A DNA stretch of 53,090 nt. Source: Spirogloea muscicola (taxonomy: Eukaryota). The notes under the pieces were generated by a model that did no database searches, had not been told where the DNA came from, and worked only from the letters and a program-made list of their open reading frames with translations. Where the stretch lies: the NCBI GenBank assembly GCA_009602725.1, contig WELB01000010.1, positions 931,790 through 984,879 on the forward strand. Direction: 5' to 3'. Shown in pieces: positions 37,356-49,500 of the stretch. A program made the translations under genes and the position numbers. Each line of letters opens with the position of its first letter. Position 1 is the stretch's first letter.

Positions 37356-38098
37356 AGCGGATGATGTAATAGACGATGCCAATACTTACCGAGAACCGGA
37401 CGGGTGTTATCTTGCGGGTTACCCTGTCTGCCCTGGGTCTGGCCCGTTAACAATGGTGGAGAACCGGGTAAAGATCTGGAGGTGCAGGTCCGGATTTGAT
37501 TCCCGGGCAGGCAAAGCCGGGGGGACAGGGTGGGGTGCGGCGAGGAGCCGGCCCCCAGGAGCTGCGGTCCCTCAGGGGCGTCTCCTCCGATGGTCCGAGG
37601 AGCTGGGGCTCCTGAGGGGCGATGACCCCGGGAGGGCGATGACTCCTGGCGGCGGCAGAGACGAGACGGAGGGCCGAAGGCGATGACCCCTGGTGACGGA
37701 GGCGGAGACGAGGAGCAGAGGCTCCTGATGGGCGATGTCCCCTAGGGGCGAGAGCGGCCCCGAGGAGCTGGGGTTCCTGAACGGTGATGAACCCTGGCGA
37801 CGCAACGGAGACGCGAGGAACACGTAGACGCGACGGAGGCCCGAGACGCGACGGCGGCGGTGACGCGGACGTGCGATGTACGCCGGAGACGCGACGGAGG
37901 CCTGAGACGCGATGTATGCCGGAGCCGCGACGGAGGTCGCAGACGCGACAAAGTACTCCCGACCAAGGGGTGCTCACCGATAATCAGTAGCCAGGGGTTA
38001 GCGGATGATGTCATAGACAATGCCCATAAATACCCGGAACCGGACGGGTGTCGCACCCTGCGGGGTACCCTGTCCGCCCTGGGTCTGGCCCGTTAACA
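37356..38098 (+). mobile_element. Miniature non-coding LTR retrotransposon (TRIM-like), plus-strand copy
   Basis: Truncated 5' LTR ends ...GGCCCGTTAACA at 37452. PBS TGGTGGAGAACCGGG from 37454. PPT ggggggacagggtgggg 37519-37535. 3' LTR TGCGGCG(37536)...CGTTAACA(38098), whose last ~100 nt match 37356-37452. Confidence 0.65.
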
Positions 38099-38149
38099 GA
38101 ATGAAAGATAGGCCAATGGAGAGAGGGAGAGAGGGGCTGAGTCGCGGAG

Positions 38150-39685
38150 AGGAGGGCTCGCCCATTGAGGATAGGGGCTGGAAAAAGCCAGCCCAAAAAA
38201 GAAAGAACAAAGGACGAGAAGGGGCCAGGGGAAGTACAAAGAACAACAAGCACAGAAAAGAAACGAAGCAGCTACGAAGCACTCAGGTAACCCCTGCTAA
38301 GCAGCCTCAGGTCTGAGAGACTGGGTTCCTGGGTTCCTGGGCGCGGAGGGCTCCTCAGATCCGCTTGGAAGGGGCAAGAGCCTTCCTCTACGTGCTGGCC
38401 GTGCTCTCGCTGCAGCCTCTGGAATCCGCCAAGGGAATTGTTTCCCGGCAGCTAGTTTGTCGGATTTGAGGCTCCTCATTCGTCGCCACTGAGTGGTCCC
38501 TCGTCCACTCGTTCTGACAGCGCTTTAGGCTCCTCTCACAGCCATTGCCATTGTCGTCCATTAGAAGTGCTATTCTCTTTCAAAAACACTGGCCCTTGTC
38601 TATACTTCTCTCCTTGCGCCATCCGGCCCTTTCGGGCAATTTTGGGCGAGCAATTTCTTTCAGACCTTGTCCATTCCTTTGTGCTGGCTTCTCACATCCA
38701 CTGCTGTCATTTGGAGGCGCTCTCTCCGCCCTTCCTCCACATTGCGTGCAGGGTCGTGGAGGCAAGGGAAGCGCATGGGGAGCAGAGAGGCGATCTGGTG
38801 CCAGCAGCCCAGGAAGGCTGCTGGCGCCATCTGCTCCAACGACCGGCAGCCAGGGCTGCCCAAGCGAGGCCAGGGGACCCGTTACCAGGAGCCCAGTTTC
38901 GCCGACCTGCGGCTGCTTAGCGGGGGTTACTGATGAGTTTTTTGTAGCTGCTTGATTCCATGTGTGCTAGCTTAGCACATTCCCTTGGCCCCTTTGACCT
39001 TTGTTCTTTCTTTATCTGGGCTGGCCTCTCCCAGCCAGCGCCCTCTCATGGAAGCGTCTTCCTCTCTGGCTGCTTGGGTCCCCGCTTTCAAGCTCACTTG
39101 AGAAGAAGAAAGACGCTTCCAGGAGAGGGCTGTGGCAGGGAGAGGCCACACCAGAAGAAAGAACGAACAAACTTAGAAGGGGCCAGGGAAAGCGCTAAAG
39201 CACACGGGAATCAACTTGAGAACAGTGCCCGTCTAGGATATGCGCGACAGCAGAAATGGGCATGCCGGCAGCATGTGTGTCGTTCTTGCGCCGTTGTGTG
39301 TTAGCCTGTTTGCAGCAAACCAATGCCTTGCACCCGATAGAAGCAGCTCTTCCTTTTGTGATGTACGTCTTTAGATGTGCTTGCCTTTTGTACTTGGCTA
39401 TGTGGCCTTTGCTTGTTTCAAGTACACGGAAATTTTCTTCCAATGTAAGGGCATTGTCAGTGAGAGGCCAGCCAAAAGGAAATGGCTTAAGCGACAGGGA
39501 TCGTGTGTCAAGCTTGAGCCGGTAGCAGAAGGGCTTGTCATTTGCGATCCGGTATTCGGGCATCGGTTAGCGACCTCTATGGTCATTACTGAGCGCGTCA
39601 GCTTAGCAGAAGGTTAGGTACATTAGTCGATGTGCATGCCCGCAGTACTGTGCCACTAACGCCCCCTGTTCATCACTCAATACAC
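38150..39685. mobile_element. Mosaic of RLE 3' fragments in both orientations (D-, E+, D+, D-, B+, A+) ending ~115 bp upstream of the GTG start
   Basis: D- 38150-38335; E+ 38385-38580; D+ 38870-39070; D- 39100-39220; B+ 39220-39435 (MGMPAACVSFLRRCVLACLQ); A+ 39520-39685 ending catcactcaatacac. Confidence 0.7.
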
Positions 39686-39801
39686 GCTCCCTGTTTACCA
39701 TCAACGGCGGCCTTATTCTTCCTCAGCTCCTCAACCCCCCACCTCCCTGGCCAGGCGCGGATGCCGGCGGCGGCTCCTCGGCGGCGGCGGCGGCGGCGGC
39801 C

Positions 39802-42800
39802 ATGGCGGTGCTGCGCGCGGCGGCGGGCGCGGCGCTGGAGGCGGGCGTGGCGGGCGGCTCGCTGGCGGGCCTCTTCGTCGCGGGCTGGTGGTTCCTGCAG
39901 GCGCGGCTGTACAAGGACTATGAGGAGAAGCGCGCGGGCGTGGACGTGCTCTTCTGCGCCGTCTTCGCGCTGTCCACCAACCTCCTCCAGCTCGTCCTCC
40001 TGGAAATGCTGCCCCTGCTCGGCAAGCGCGCGCGCCTCCTCAACTGGCGCCTCGACCTCGTCGCCCTCATCGCGCTCCTCGTCTTCGTGCTCCCCTACTA
40101 CCACTGCTACATCGTCCTCCGCAACGGCGGTCTGTTTGCCGCTCCGAAACCCATCACCCCTTGTCGGCTGCCGCTCGGTGTTCGGGCATCGCTTAGCGAC
40201 CTCTACGTGCTGCCGTCGTGGTCACTGAGCGGGTCAGCTTGGCAGCAGTGGATGTGCATCTGTCGAAGTGCCTGCCTTTGTACTTGGCCACTCAGGCCCT
40301 CCATCACTCATCTTCGTCATTGTGGCCCCACGCCGCGGTTCAACGCGAGGGTGCCCACTTCGTGGCGACCTCTAGATGGGCCGCAGCTTGGCAAATCCCG
40401 AAAAACCCACACCCCTGAGACCACCTCGGCCTCCGGATGCCTTGCAGGCATGCGCAGCGAGCGCGCGGGTGTCGGCGCCGTCGTCTTCCTCGCCGCCTTC
40501 CTCTACGCCTTCTGGCGCATGGGCATCCACTTCCCGATGCCGTCCCCGGACAAAGGTGCAGGCCCACCTCAGGCCTTTGTGCTGCTTGCTCCTCTGCCGT
40601 TCTTTGCAAGACAATGGGAGGCAGCTTCATCAGCCCCCGCGGCATTGACGAGACGTCCTGGCGTCGGCGATACACTGTGTCCAGGCTTCTTCACGGTGGC
40701 GCAGCTGGTCAGCCGCATCGGCGTCATCGGTGTGTCGCTCATGGCCGTCCTGTCGGGCTTCGGAGCCGTCAACCTGCCCTACAGTTACCTCTCCCTCTTC
40801 ATCAGGTCGCTGCCCTTCTTCCCCCTCTGCTCCTTCTCTCCCTCTCGTCAGTGCAGGTGACTGTTGCCAGGAGAACCTCAAACCTCAACTCCATATTGAC
40901 AAAGTGCTCCGCGTCTTCGGGTCTGTACCTCGAAATCAGCCTCATACCACTGTCGCGCTCCTTGCTTGCAAGAGCAGGAAGATTGAGGAGTCGGAGATCG
41001 CGGTGCTGGAGCGGCGGCTGATGCAGGCCATGGAGTCGTGCGTGGCAAGGAAGAAGAAGATTGTGCTATCACGAGTGGAGCAGGGCGAGCAGAATGGCTT
41101 GCACCCGGTCCGCACCCCTCCGCCATCGCAGCTTTGGCTGCCATCTTGCTGTGCAGCTGCAAGATGGCAGCTGCTCGGACCTTGCCTGGATGGCAAACCA
41201 GACTTGTGCAATGCATGCCCGCCATGTGCAGAGCAGTTGTCCGGAGGTCAATACACACTGGTCAGACGCAGCTGAGCTCTGCTGCTTGATTGACTGTATG
41301 AGAGGCATCCGCGGCAGCCTGTTGGGCCACAGGAGAAGCACTCCTACTTCAAGCGCCTCGTCACGACGGTGGTCCGCACGAGCAAGCAGGACGAGCAAGT
41401 GGTTGGTGAGTGCCTGAGTCTACCTCCTTCATGTGGCCTCTTAAATCCAAATGCAATGTCTTGGAGGCCGTGGCTTTTCTCCTTAGCTCATGATGGGGGT
41501 CTTGACAACTGCTCGCCGTGGCAGACATACTCGGCATTGAGGGTGAGGTACACGCCCTCGAGGGCCTCTGCCAGACGCTGTTTGTGGAGATCTGCGAACT
41601 CCGGCAAGCCAAGGTGCTCTCTATCTTGGAGCTCTAGTCTTGGCCACTTCGTTTTTACCAGCTTGACTTGTAGTAGTATATAGGAAGGGCCACTGTCTTG
41701 ACTGCATATCCGTTGCAGTTGCTTGCCTGCTCTTGACCCGAAAGTCATAAGTCCTAAGCATCCTGGCTGCAAACCCCTTTGCTGGCGCACTCATTACCTT
41801 GTCAGCAAGCCATGGCGTACTCTCGTACCTGGCGCGGCCACGTGAAGAATCTGCTTGGCTATGCCTGCTCCGTTTACTGTATATACAAAATGTATACGGT
41901 ACGCCCTCTAAACCGGCATGACAAGAGAATGTCTTGCGGTCGGCTGTGGTCCGAAATGGGCTGGCACTTGCGTATACAGCTTTGCACTGCAGCTGTGATG
42001 TTGCTGTATGCATGACTTCCTCTTATTTCATGAGTATTTGAGAAGTACTGCCAAGGAGGCAGAAAAGCACAGGTGGCAGTGAGGATTTTCCACATCCTTT
42101 GACAAGAGGACATGACGACATGACGATGATGATATGAATAATACGTAACATCGTGTCATAAAGATCAATGCTTCAGCCAACATCCTCATAGTGGCTGAAA
42201 GCCATGCCTGTGGGGACTGGTCTTGTGCAGTCCTGCAGGAGCTTGCTGCTCTTCAAGGAGGTCCATGCTGACTTCCAGACCTTGTCGCGTGCTGCTACAG
42301 GAGACACACTTTGATATTGAATGAGCATAGCTGTGATGTAACAACAAAAAGACAGCTTCCATTTGATGCTAATCTCCCACCATCAGCGTCCCTCTTGTGC
42401 TAACGCCAACGGGCTTGATTTGCTGACTGTTACAGACCAACAGCGATGACCCAGTTTCTACAACCATCAGCCTCTCCTTGCATTACTTCCATGTGCAACT
42501 TAACGTAGCACTCTGGTCTCAGGTATTTCCTCTCCGACTTCTCTCTTTCCCTGACCACTCACTCCATGTATTTGCAGTACACAGCTTGTTCCCAATTGCT
42601 GGCATCTGGGCCTTGCTTAATCTGCTACAATCGAAGGTTCATATTGTATTGGGTGTGTTATACATCTGGATGGCGAGAGGTGGTAGGAAGTCTGCCGCTG
42701 TCAATAGCAGGCATTGTCGACGATGAAGAAGCAGTTGTTGACCAGCCGGGCTGGAGGAGGCTGACAGCAGTCAGCACTGTGAATTCAACAAATATGCGAT

Positions 42801-43637
42801 CTACTGCCTTCCTTCTGAGACATTGTGCCGGGGTAGTTAGTGTTCATGCTTGGGAATTGTGCGTATTACTTCATGAAGTTACAGCAGGCGCCTGTGGACC
42901 CTCATTGTTTGCTCTTGTACAGTACATTTCGCTGCTCTTCACAGGCGTTCTCATCACAGTGTCCCTGCGTGGCTTCCTGTTCAACCTGATGAAGGTATGG
43001 CTTCAAAAATAGCAATTTCTGCTCTTGGGTAGACAAGCCTATGCTGGCAGAAGTACAGCACAGCTATATCGAGCTCCAGGATACCGCACAACGCCACCAT
43101 TCAAGGACGCACGAAGTTTCAATTGTTGCTGCAGCTCCTCTTTACGGTGTCGGGCGGCGCCAGCGGCGTGGGAAGCAACGTGGTGCTGTTCCTCACAGAG
43201 ATCATGGGAATGTACTTCATCTCCCTCATTCTCCTCATCCGAAAGAGCCTTGCCAATAGATACCGGTCAGTACTTACCAACCTATCTATTTCAAAGAGAA
43301 CTGCAAGTTGCAGGCGCACCTTCAAGGAACTGCTGCAATCTGTTCGACCTGCTCCATGTGTCATGTTGCTAGGATGACCAAGAATCAAGGACAACAAAGA
43401 CACAGATACCCTGATTGCATGTGCATTTGTTGATGAAGTGGTCAATTCTAGTCGACCATTGAGCTGTTGAGCTGTTCTTGCAGAGTCATTATCACCGACG
43501 TGCTGGGAGGTGACATCCAATTCAATTTCTACCACCGTTGGTTTGACGCCATCTTTGTTGCCAGCGCCATTCTTTCAATCTTTTTCATTGCTGCACATCA
43601 CACATCACGGCGGATAGACAAGGCGCCGATTGATTGA
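39802..43637 (+). CDS. GTG1: GPCR-type G protein / Golgi pH regulator (GPR89/COLD1 family), multi-exon
   Basis: [127 protein letters not shown], and C-terminus RIDKAPID* (stop 43637). Confidence 0.94.
40140..40312 (+). mobile_element. RLE subfamily A 3' end inside GTG intron 1
   Basis: ttcgggcatcgcttagcgacctctacgtgctg...cactgagcgggtcagcttggcagc...tacttggccactcaggccctccatcactca matches 39555-39685 and the reverse complement of 17395-17525. Confidence 0.72.
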
Positions 43638-43957
43638 GGTTGATCAAGCTTGTTGTCAATCTCAACATCATCTAGTACCCAAGTCAGAGACGTGCCGCTG
43701 CCCATTGTATGAACGTGGAGATGGAGGATCGCAACCTGGTTACGGTAGCATAGCTCGCAAGCAAAGGGCAACACAAGGAGCAACCAGCAAAAGTCGTGTT
43801 ACGTATGCGATTGTCCAATGAGTTTGTAATATGTTACAAGCAGGTGGTATTCAAAAATGTCCTGGAGCTGTGCTAGCACCGCTGGACTAAATATGGGCCA
43901 GTCCATTGAGGTGAGCAAGAGCATCAAGAAGGCATTCCTTCTGGACAAGGTCTTCAT

Positions 43958-46900
43958 TCAGGATCTCTGTGAAGTCGGAAAAGCCATGGCCACACCTACA
44001 TCGCTGGACTTCCATTGGGCACTGACAGTCTTAACTTGGGTAAAGAATTGTATACCGGCCTTGCCTGCACGCGGACAAGATGGACATACAGCAATCAGCC
44101 CAATGTATGCTGCACAATTATGAGATAAGCACGTGTGCAAGTTGACACGAGCTTCCCAAGGGTATAGTCTTGACCGCATATCATACCAATGGCTAAAGCT
44201 TTACCACATAAGCAAGGCGGTGAGAGTAAATGCTTACCGTAGAAGTTCAGGTCGCCTGCAAACGAAGCTCTGGAGCCCGTGAAGGAGAAAAAGGGCAGTG
44301 GCACAGGAATGGGCACGTTGATACCAACCTGCGACAAACAAGGCGACAAAGTGCCTGCTCAATGCTTGGAGACACCAAAACCAGAAGTTAAGGACCAGAC
44401 CCAACACTTCTGGAAGTTCAATCTTCCAGCTCAATTGTACTTCCAACATGCACAGTTGCTGACTCAGTCTTGCTGAGTAAATACAGAGCTTGCAAGAAGC
44501 AACACCTGTCCAACGTCCACCTCGTGCTGAAACTTCCTTGCAGCGGCGCCAGACCGCGTAAAGATGGCCGTACCATTACCATACCTGAGGAGATGATAAT
44601 TACAACCCATGTAACAAACAATCGGGGTAGTCTCCGCAAATCTCCACAGTAAGTGTAAGTATGGTGTGCTACGCGTTAAGCATGCCACACTTGCCAAGAT
44701 CTTGTCCCTGGTCCATTGGGAAGTTTCCTCCGAATAAGCAGATTGCTGCAGCTACTGGAGCAGAGTGAGACTTACCGGTTGGTGTTGATGGTGTTGATTG
44801 CATCGTCAAGCGTGTCTTCCTGCATGTCAGATACTGATGCATCTCAGCTGCACTTGTGGGCTCCCATGCCCTAGTCGCACTTCAGCTGATCTGACACTCT
44901 CCTTGCACTAGCTGACGACTGCCATGAGATAGTTGTCAGCAACGGAGGCCCCCTGAGTGGTTGGGCAACCAGAGGCGGACCAGGAAGCCCAGCTATCTCT
45001 TTACCTTCATGAGGAGGAGGACAGGCCCGAAAATCTCCTCCTGGTCAAGTGCAAAACAAGACCTGCCACCTCAGTTGGGTAACAACACACGAATCCAGCA
45101 GACAATGCCCTTGACTGATACCTGTATCTATCATGGATGGCGTTCGACAGATGGGTATTACGTCATGCAATACCTTGTAACATTCCATGTCAGGTGTGAC
45201 GTCTGCAATGAGCGTTGGCCCAACAAAGTTCCCTTCCTCGTACCCTTCCACCTGCAAGATTGACATGATGCCAATGCAGAGTCAAGTAGCAATCTTCATA
45301 TCCCAATTAGGGCCATAGAGCTCACCAACAAATTAGAGTCCATGGTAAATGCTTGACCAACCTGTGTACCTACATGGCTCATACAAGCAGAAGCTTGCAT
45401 ACCTTGATGTCCCGTCCATCAAGCACGAGCCTGGCACCTTGGTCCACGGCACTCTGGATGAGCCGGTGTATGCGGTCTTTTGCCTGCAAGCAATCAAGCC
45501 AAAGATCTACTTTGCAGGCCAAACGTACATGTAGGCGACCTGGTGGTTAAAGTACCTGCTGAACTGATCTCTTCTGTGGTGATGCCAGCCTCTTCAATTC
45601 AATAATGGCAGTTTAGCAATCGATAGGTAGGAGGCACACCCTATGTCGTGCGGCAGCCCACTGCTTAGGGCAGCACGCAAAGCTCACCTGTTTGCTGATA
45701 ACGGGCCCCAGGTCCGCACCCGGTTCCGTGCCAGCGCTCACCCTCAGCTTCTTTGCGCGCTGCAGTAGGCCAGCTTCCCTGATAGGCAACCAACATGCAG
45801 CCTCTTGTTGAGAGACATTCTTAGAGTTTGCCCTGACAAAGCAACAGACATTAGAATGTCTTTGCCCTGCTCCAACTTGTTAGATCTATGCACATTAAGC
45901 AAATCGAGTCACTACATTGCTCAGTCTGCCATGGTCACGCAAATAGATATCTAGAAATGAGGTATATACACGTTGGCCCTTGAGGCTGACTATGATTGTA
46001 GCAAAATATACATGTTCATCTACAATCGTGCAACATCCATGTGCTACCCACCAGGGCTCCGATCCGCCAACAAAAACTGCAGTGCTGATTGCCATGCAGC
46101 GCTGGCCAGCAGCTCCAAATGCAGCACCCGTTAAAGCATTGCAGGCTTGCTCCATGTCAGCATCCGGCAGGACAACTGCGTGATTCTTGGCTCCCATGTT
46201 GCTCTTGAGAAAAACATACCAGAGAGTGCTTGATTAGTGCCGAGCTCAGATAAAGAGTGCTGGAATGAGTCAATCATCAGCCAGAATTTCTGACAAGAGC
46301 ACAATGAGAGCGAATGCAGCATGCAATCAAGGCACACTAGGGGGCTTGCGTCTATAGTGGCACCTGCACACGCTTGCCATGAGCACAGGCTCGACTGTAA
46401 ATGTGGCGACCGGCCTGGCAATAAGAGACATGCCAAGATGGTCAGAGAGGGTCGTAGAGCTCAGCTTGGCGGCTTCTGCAGCCACCAGCAGGCTCGGCGA
46501 GAAAAGGAATCTGGTTGGCGAGAGAGCAATCTCACACTTTCCTACCCCATCCTCCTAGAAAGCATGTGGGTCCAGCTAATCTGACATGATTGTGCTGTGA
46601 GAAACATGCAGTGGCCAGGCATGCAAAAAGCGTATCTGTTGGGCTGCACAAATGCTGCCAGAGGCGTACAATGTCAGAGCCGACGAAGGATATAGCCCGA
46701 ATGTCAGGGTGGTCACAGATCTTGTTCACAATGTCCTGCACGACACACTGAAGCTCGTCAGGGCCAAATTGTCCACCATAACCCCGAGCACTTTTCAGCA
46801 TCTTACAAAATGCAGAAGCTATGCAGGAGCTTGCAGATTGAGGTGATCAGGAAGGCATTGCAGCTTGCAATTGCAACAATGATGGCCCGGCTACAGGGTT

Positions 46901-48827
46901 TCCAATGGTGGCAGATTTGAGCGGAGGGGGAGGAGCCCACATGGGTACCATGTATTATGTTAAGCACGCCAGGTGGGAGGCCAGCCTCCATTGCAAGCTC
47001 CGCCAGCATCGCCGCGGCACCTGACATCGCGAGCAAGTATGCTGGATTCTGGGCTTGATGAAGACAGCGAGCAGAGGGGATTCTCGAGCTCAGTATGTAT
47101 ATCACTCACAAAGCTGAAGTTCTCTCTATAGTCCACGAGACAGATCGTCGCCAACTTCCGCACATGAGTACAAGCATTGCTCGTCAAGCACGGCCACTGT
47201 GCATGGGCAAGGTGTGCGAAGGCCTCACCTGGGTCTTTTTCTGACGGCTTCAGGATGTATGTGTTGCCGCAAGTGACGGCCATGGGAAACATCTGCATCG
47301 CACAAATGCCAGCGGCCACGCCAGTCAGGAAGGGGGTCACTGCAGATAGCCAAAGTGTTTGCTTTGCTGCCCTCGCTGCCCTCGTGTCAAGAATGGTTGC
47401 AGCTCGATTCAAGCCCAATATGCAGTCCTGGGCAACTCCCGGCTGTCAATTCAGCCCCATCTTTGTAGGTAGGTCTTAGATCAGGGACTGCATAAATTCT
47501 TGATCAGAGACTGGGCCGCTTTTAGCGGCAGGAGCATGCAGCCAACGAGCACTGGGGTCGTGGTCAGTTGCTTCAAAGCTTGTGGGAGCTCAAGCCTTGG
47601 TCTCCTCACCCAAAGCGGGATCATTGCGGGAAAGTTGAAGGGGCAGATGCCGGCGCAGACACCGAGCGGCTGTCGGATGCTGTACGTGTCGATGCCCGCT
47701 GATACATTCTCGACGAGCTCGCCCATGAGTGCCGTCGGCATGCCGCACGCCTGCTCCACCACCTCTGCGCTTCGCACCCAGGCACTGCCGTCAATCTCGA
47801 CTGAAGGGTGCGAAGGACAGCTACTTGGGCGGCGCAGCAGAGTGCGGGCTCGTCCTCTGTGCATGCCAGCCGTGTAATGGCACGGCGTGCACAGGGGTTG
47901 GCCATCATGCTGATTCGCACCGAGGCCGCGGAATACGTCGCCCCGGGCGTCTGCCAGCGTCTTGCCCTGCTCCATTGTCACTGCCATTGCCAGCTTGTCC
48001 TGCAGAGGGGCACAACAATAACAGTCAATGCTTGCAAGGTTAGATTGATTGGGGCGTTGAAGGACTAGTGTGGATCAGAGGGTGTCCATGCAGGCAAGCT
48101 TGCAAGCTCGACCGGCAGTCACCATCAACCGGGCTCAGGTTCGAGTTAGCATCTGTTTCTCCTTTCGAGCTATAATGACAGATCAGGCCCCAGGAAGCAA
48201 GCCATCAGAGGAGATGGCAGAAGGCAGAGAGTGCACGACCACCAGTCACTACTATTCCACGAACCCCTCACACGGCGCTTTGGCCTCTCAGGTGCTGCAG
48301 GCCAGGGCACTCCTCACAAGGTCTACTACTATAAATTGCTGCTAGACCAGTGTTGTATTGGTCTACCAAAATCAAAATAATGAAATAAGAAAAGATGAGA
48401 TAAGTCAAGACCGGGGACCACGAAGCAGAGGTGGTGCTCAAGGGGGAGCGCACCATGTTCTCCCGGACGAGCGCCTGCAGCCGGAACATGATGCGCGCGC
48501 GGGCAGTGACGGGCGTGGCCCGCCAGGCGGGGTACGCGTCGCGCGCAGCAGCCACCGCGGCCTCGAACTCCGCGCCGGTCGCCAGCGGAACGCGGCTCAC
48601 CAGCTCCTGCGTCGCCTGCTCCGCAGCGCTCGCGCGGCCCTCTGCCAAGCCGCTCTCAGGCCCCTCTGCCGCTGCAGGCGCTGCCGGGCGCTGCCAGCCG
48701 GCGCGGCCGCCATGGCGCCGGCGCTCACCGGATTGAGGACATCGAGCCAGTGGCGCGCCCGTGATTCCTCCCAGCGGCCGCCGATGAGGAGCCTGGCGTC
48801 GGGCGCCCGCGCCGCGCCGGCGCCGCC
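43958..48827 (-). CDS. ALDH6B2: Methylmalonate-semialdehyde dehydrogenase (acylating), ALDH6 family; start codon probably in the N-gap
   Basis: [91 protein letters not shown] (catalytic Cys), [48 protein letters not shown]. Confidence 0.95.
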
Positions 48828-49500
48828 NNNNNNNNNNNNNNNNNNNNNNNNNNNNNNNNNNNNNNNNNNNNNNNNNNNNNNNNNNNNNNNNNNNNNNNNN
48901 NNNNNNNNNNNNNNNNNNNNNNNNNNNNNNNNNNNNNNNNNNNNNNNNNNNNNNNNNNNNNNNNNNNNNNNNNNNNNNNNNNNNNNNNNNNNNNNNNNNN
49001 NNNNNNNNNNNNNNNNNNNNNNNNNNNNNNNNNNNNNNNNNNNNNNNNNNNNNNNNNNNNNNNNNNNNNNNNNNNNNNNNNNNNNNNNNNNNNNNNNNNN
49101 NNNNNNNNNNNNNNNNNNNNNNNNNNNNNNNNNNNNNNNNNNNNNNNNNNNNNNNNNNNNNNNNNNNNNNNNNNNNNNNNNNNNNNNNNNNNNNNNNNNN
49201 NNNNNNNNNNNNNNNNNNNNNNNNNNNNNNNNNNNNNNNNNNNNNNNNNNNNNNNNNNNNNNNNNNNNNNNNNNNNNNNNNNNNNNNNNNNNNNNNNNNN
49301 NNNNNNNNNNNNNNNNNNNNNNNNNNNNNNNNNNNNNNNNNNNNNNNNNNNNNNNNNNNNNNNNNNNNNNNNNNNNNNNNNNNNNNNNNNNNNNNNNNNN
49401 NNNNNNNNNNNNNNNNNNNNNNNNNNNNNNNNNNNNNNNNNNNNNNNNNNNNNNNNNNNNNNNNNNNNNNNNNNNNNNNNNNNNNNNNNNNNNNNNNNNN
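48828..49500. other. Assembly gap (N)
   Basis: Run of N hiding the starts of ALDH6B2 and the CSU2-like gene. Confidence 0.99.

Noticed and set aside
37299..37449. MITE with ~30-bp TIRs and TA TSD
   Set aside because: The inverted symmetry continues into the flanks (PBS, PPT, LTR), so it is better explained as two fused LTR ends.
35537..38098. Ginger-like TGT...ACA DNA transposon with long TIRs
   Set aside because: No TSD (tatat versus gaatg), no transposase, and PBS/PPT signals favour LTR elements.
38925..38960. ctgatgag as a hammerhead ribozyme core
   Set aside because: It is a variant of the element's stop region (tactgagtg); no downstream GAAA core or supporting stems.
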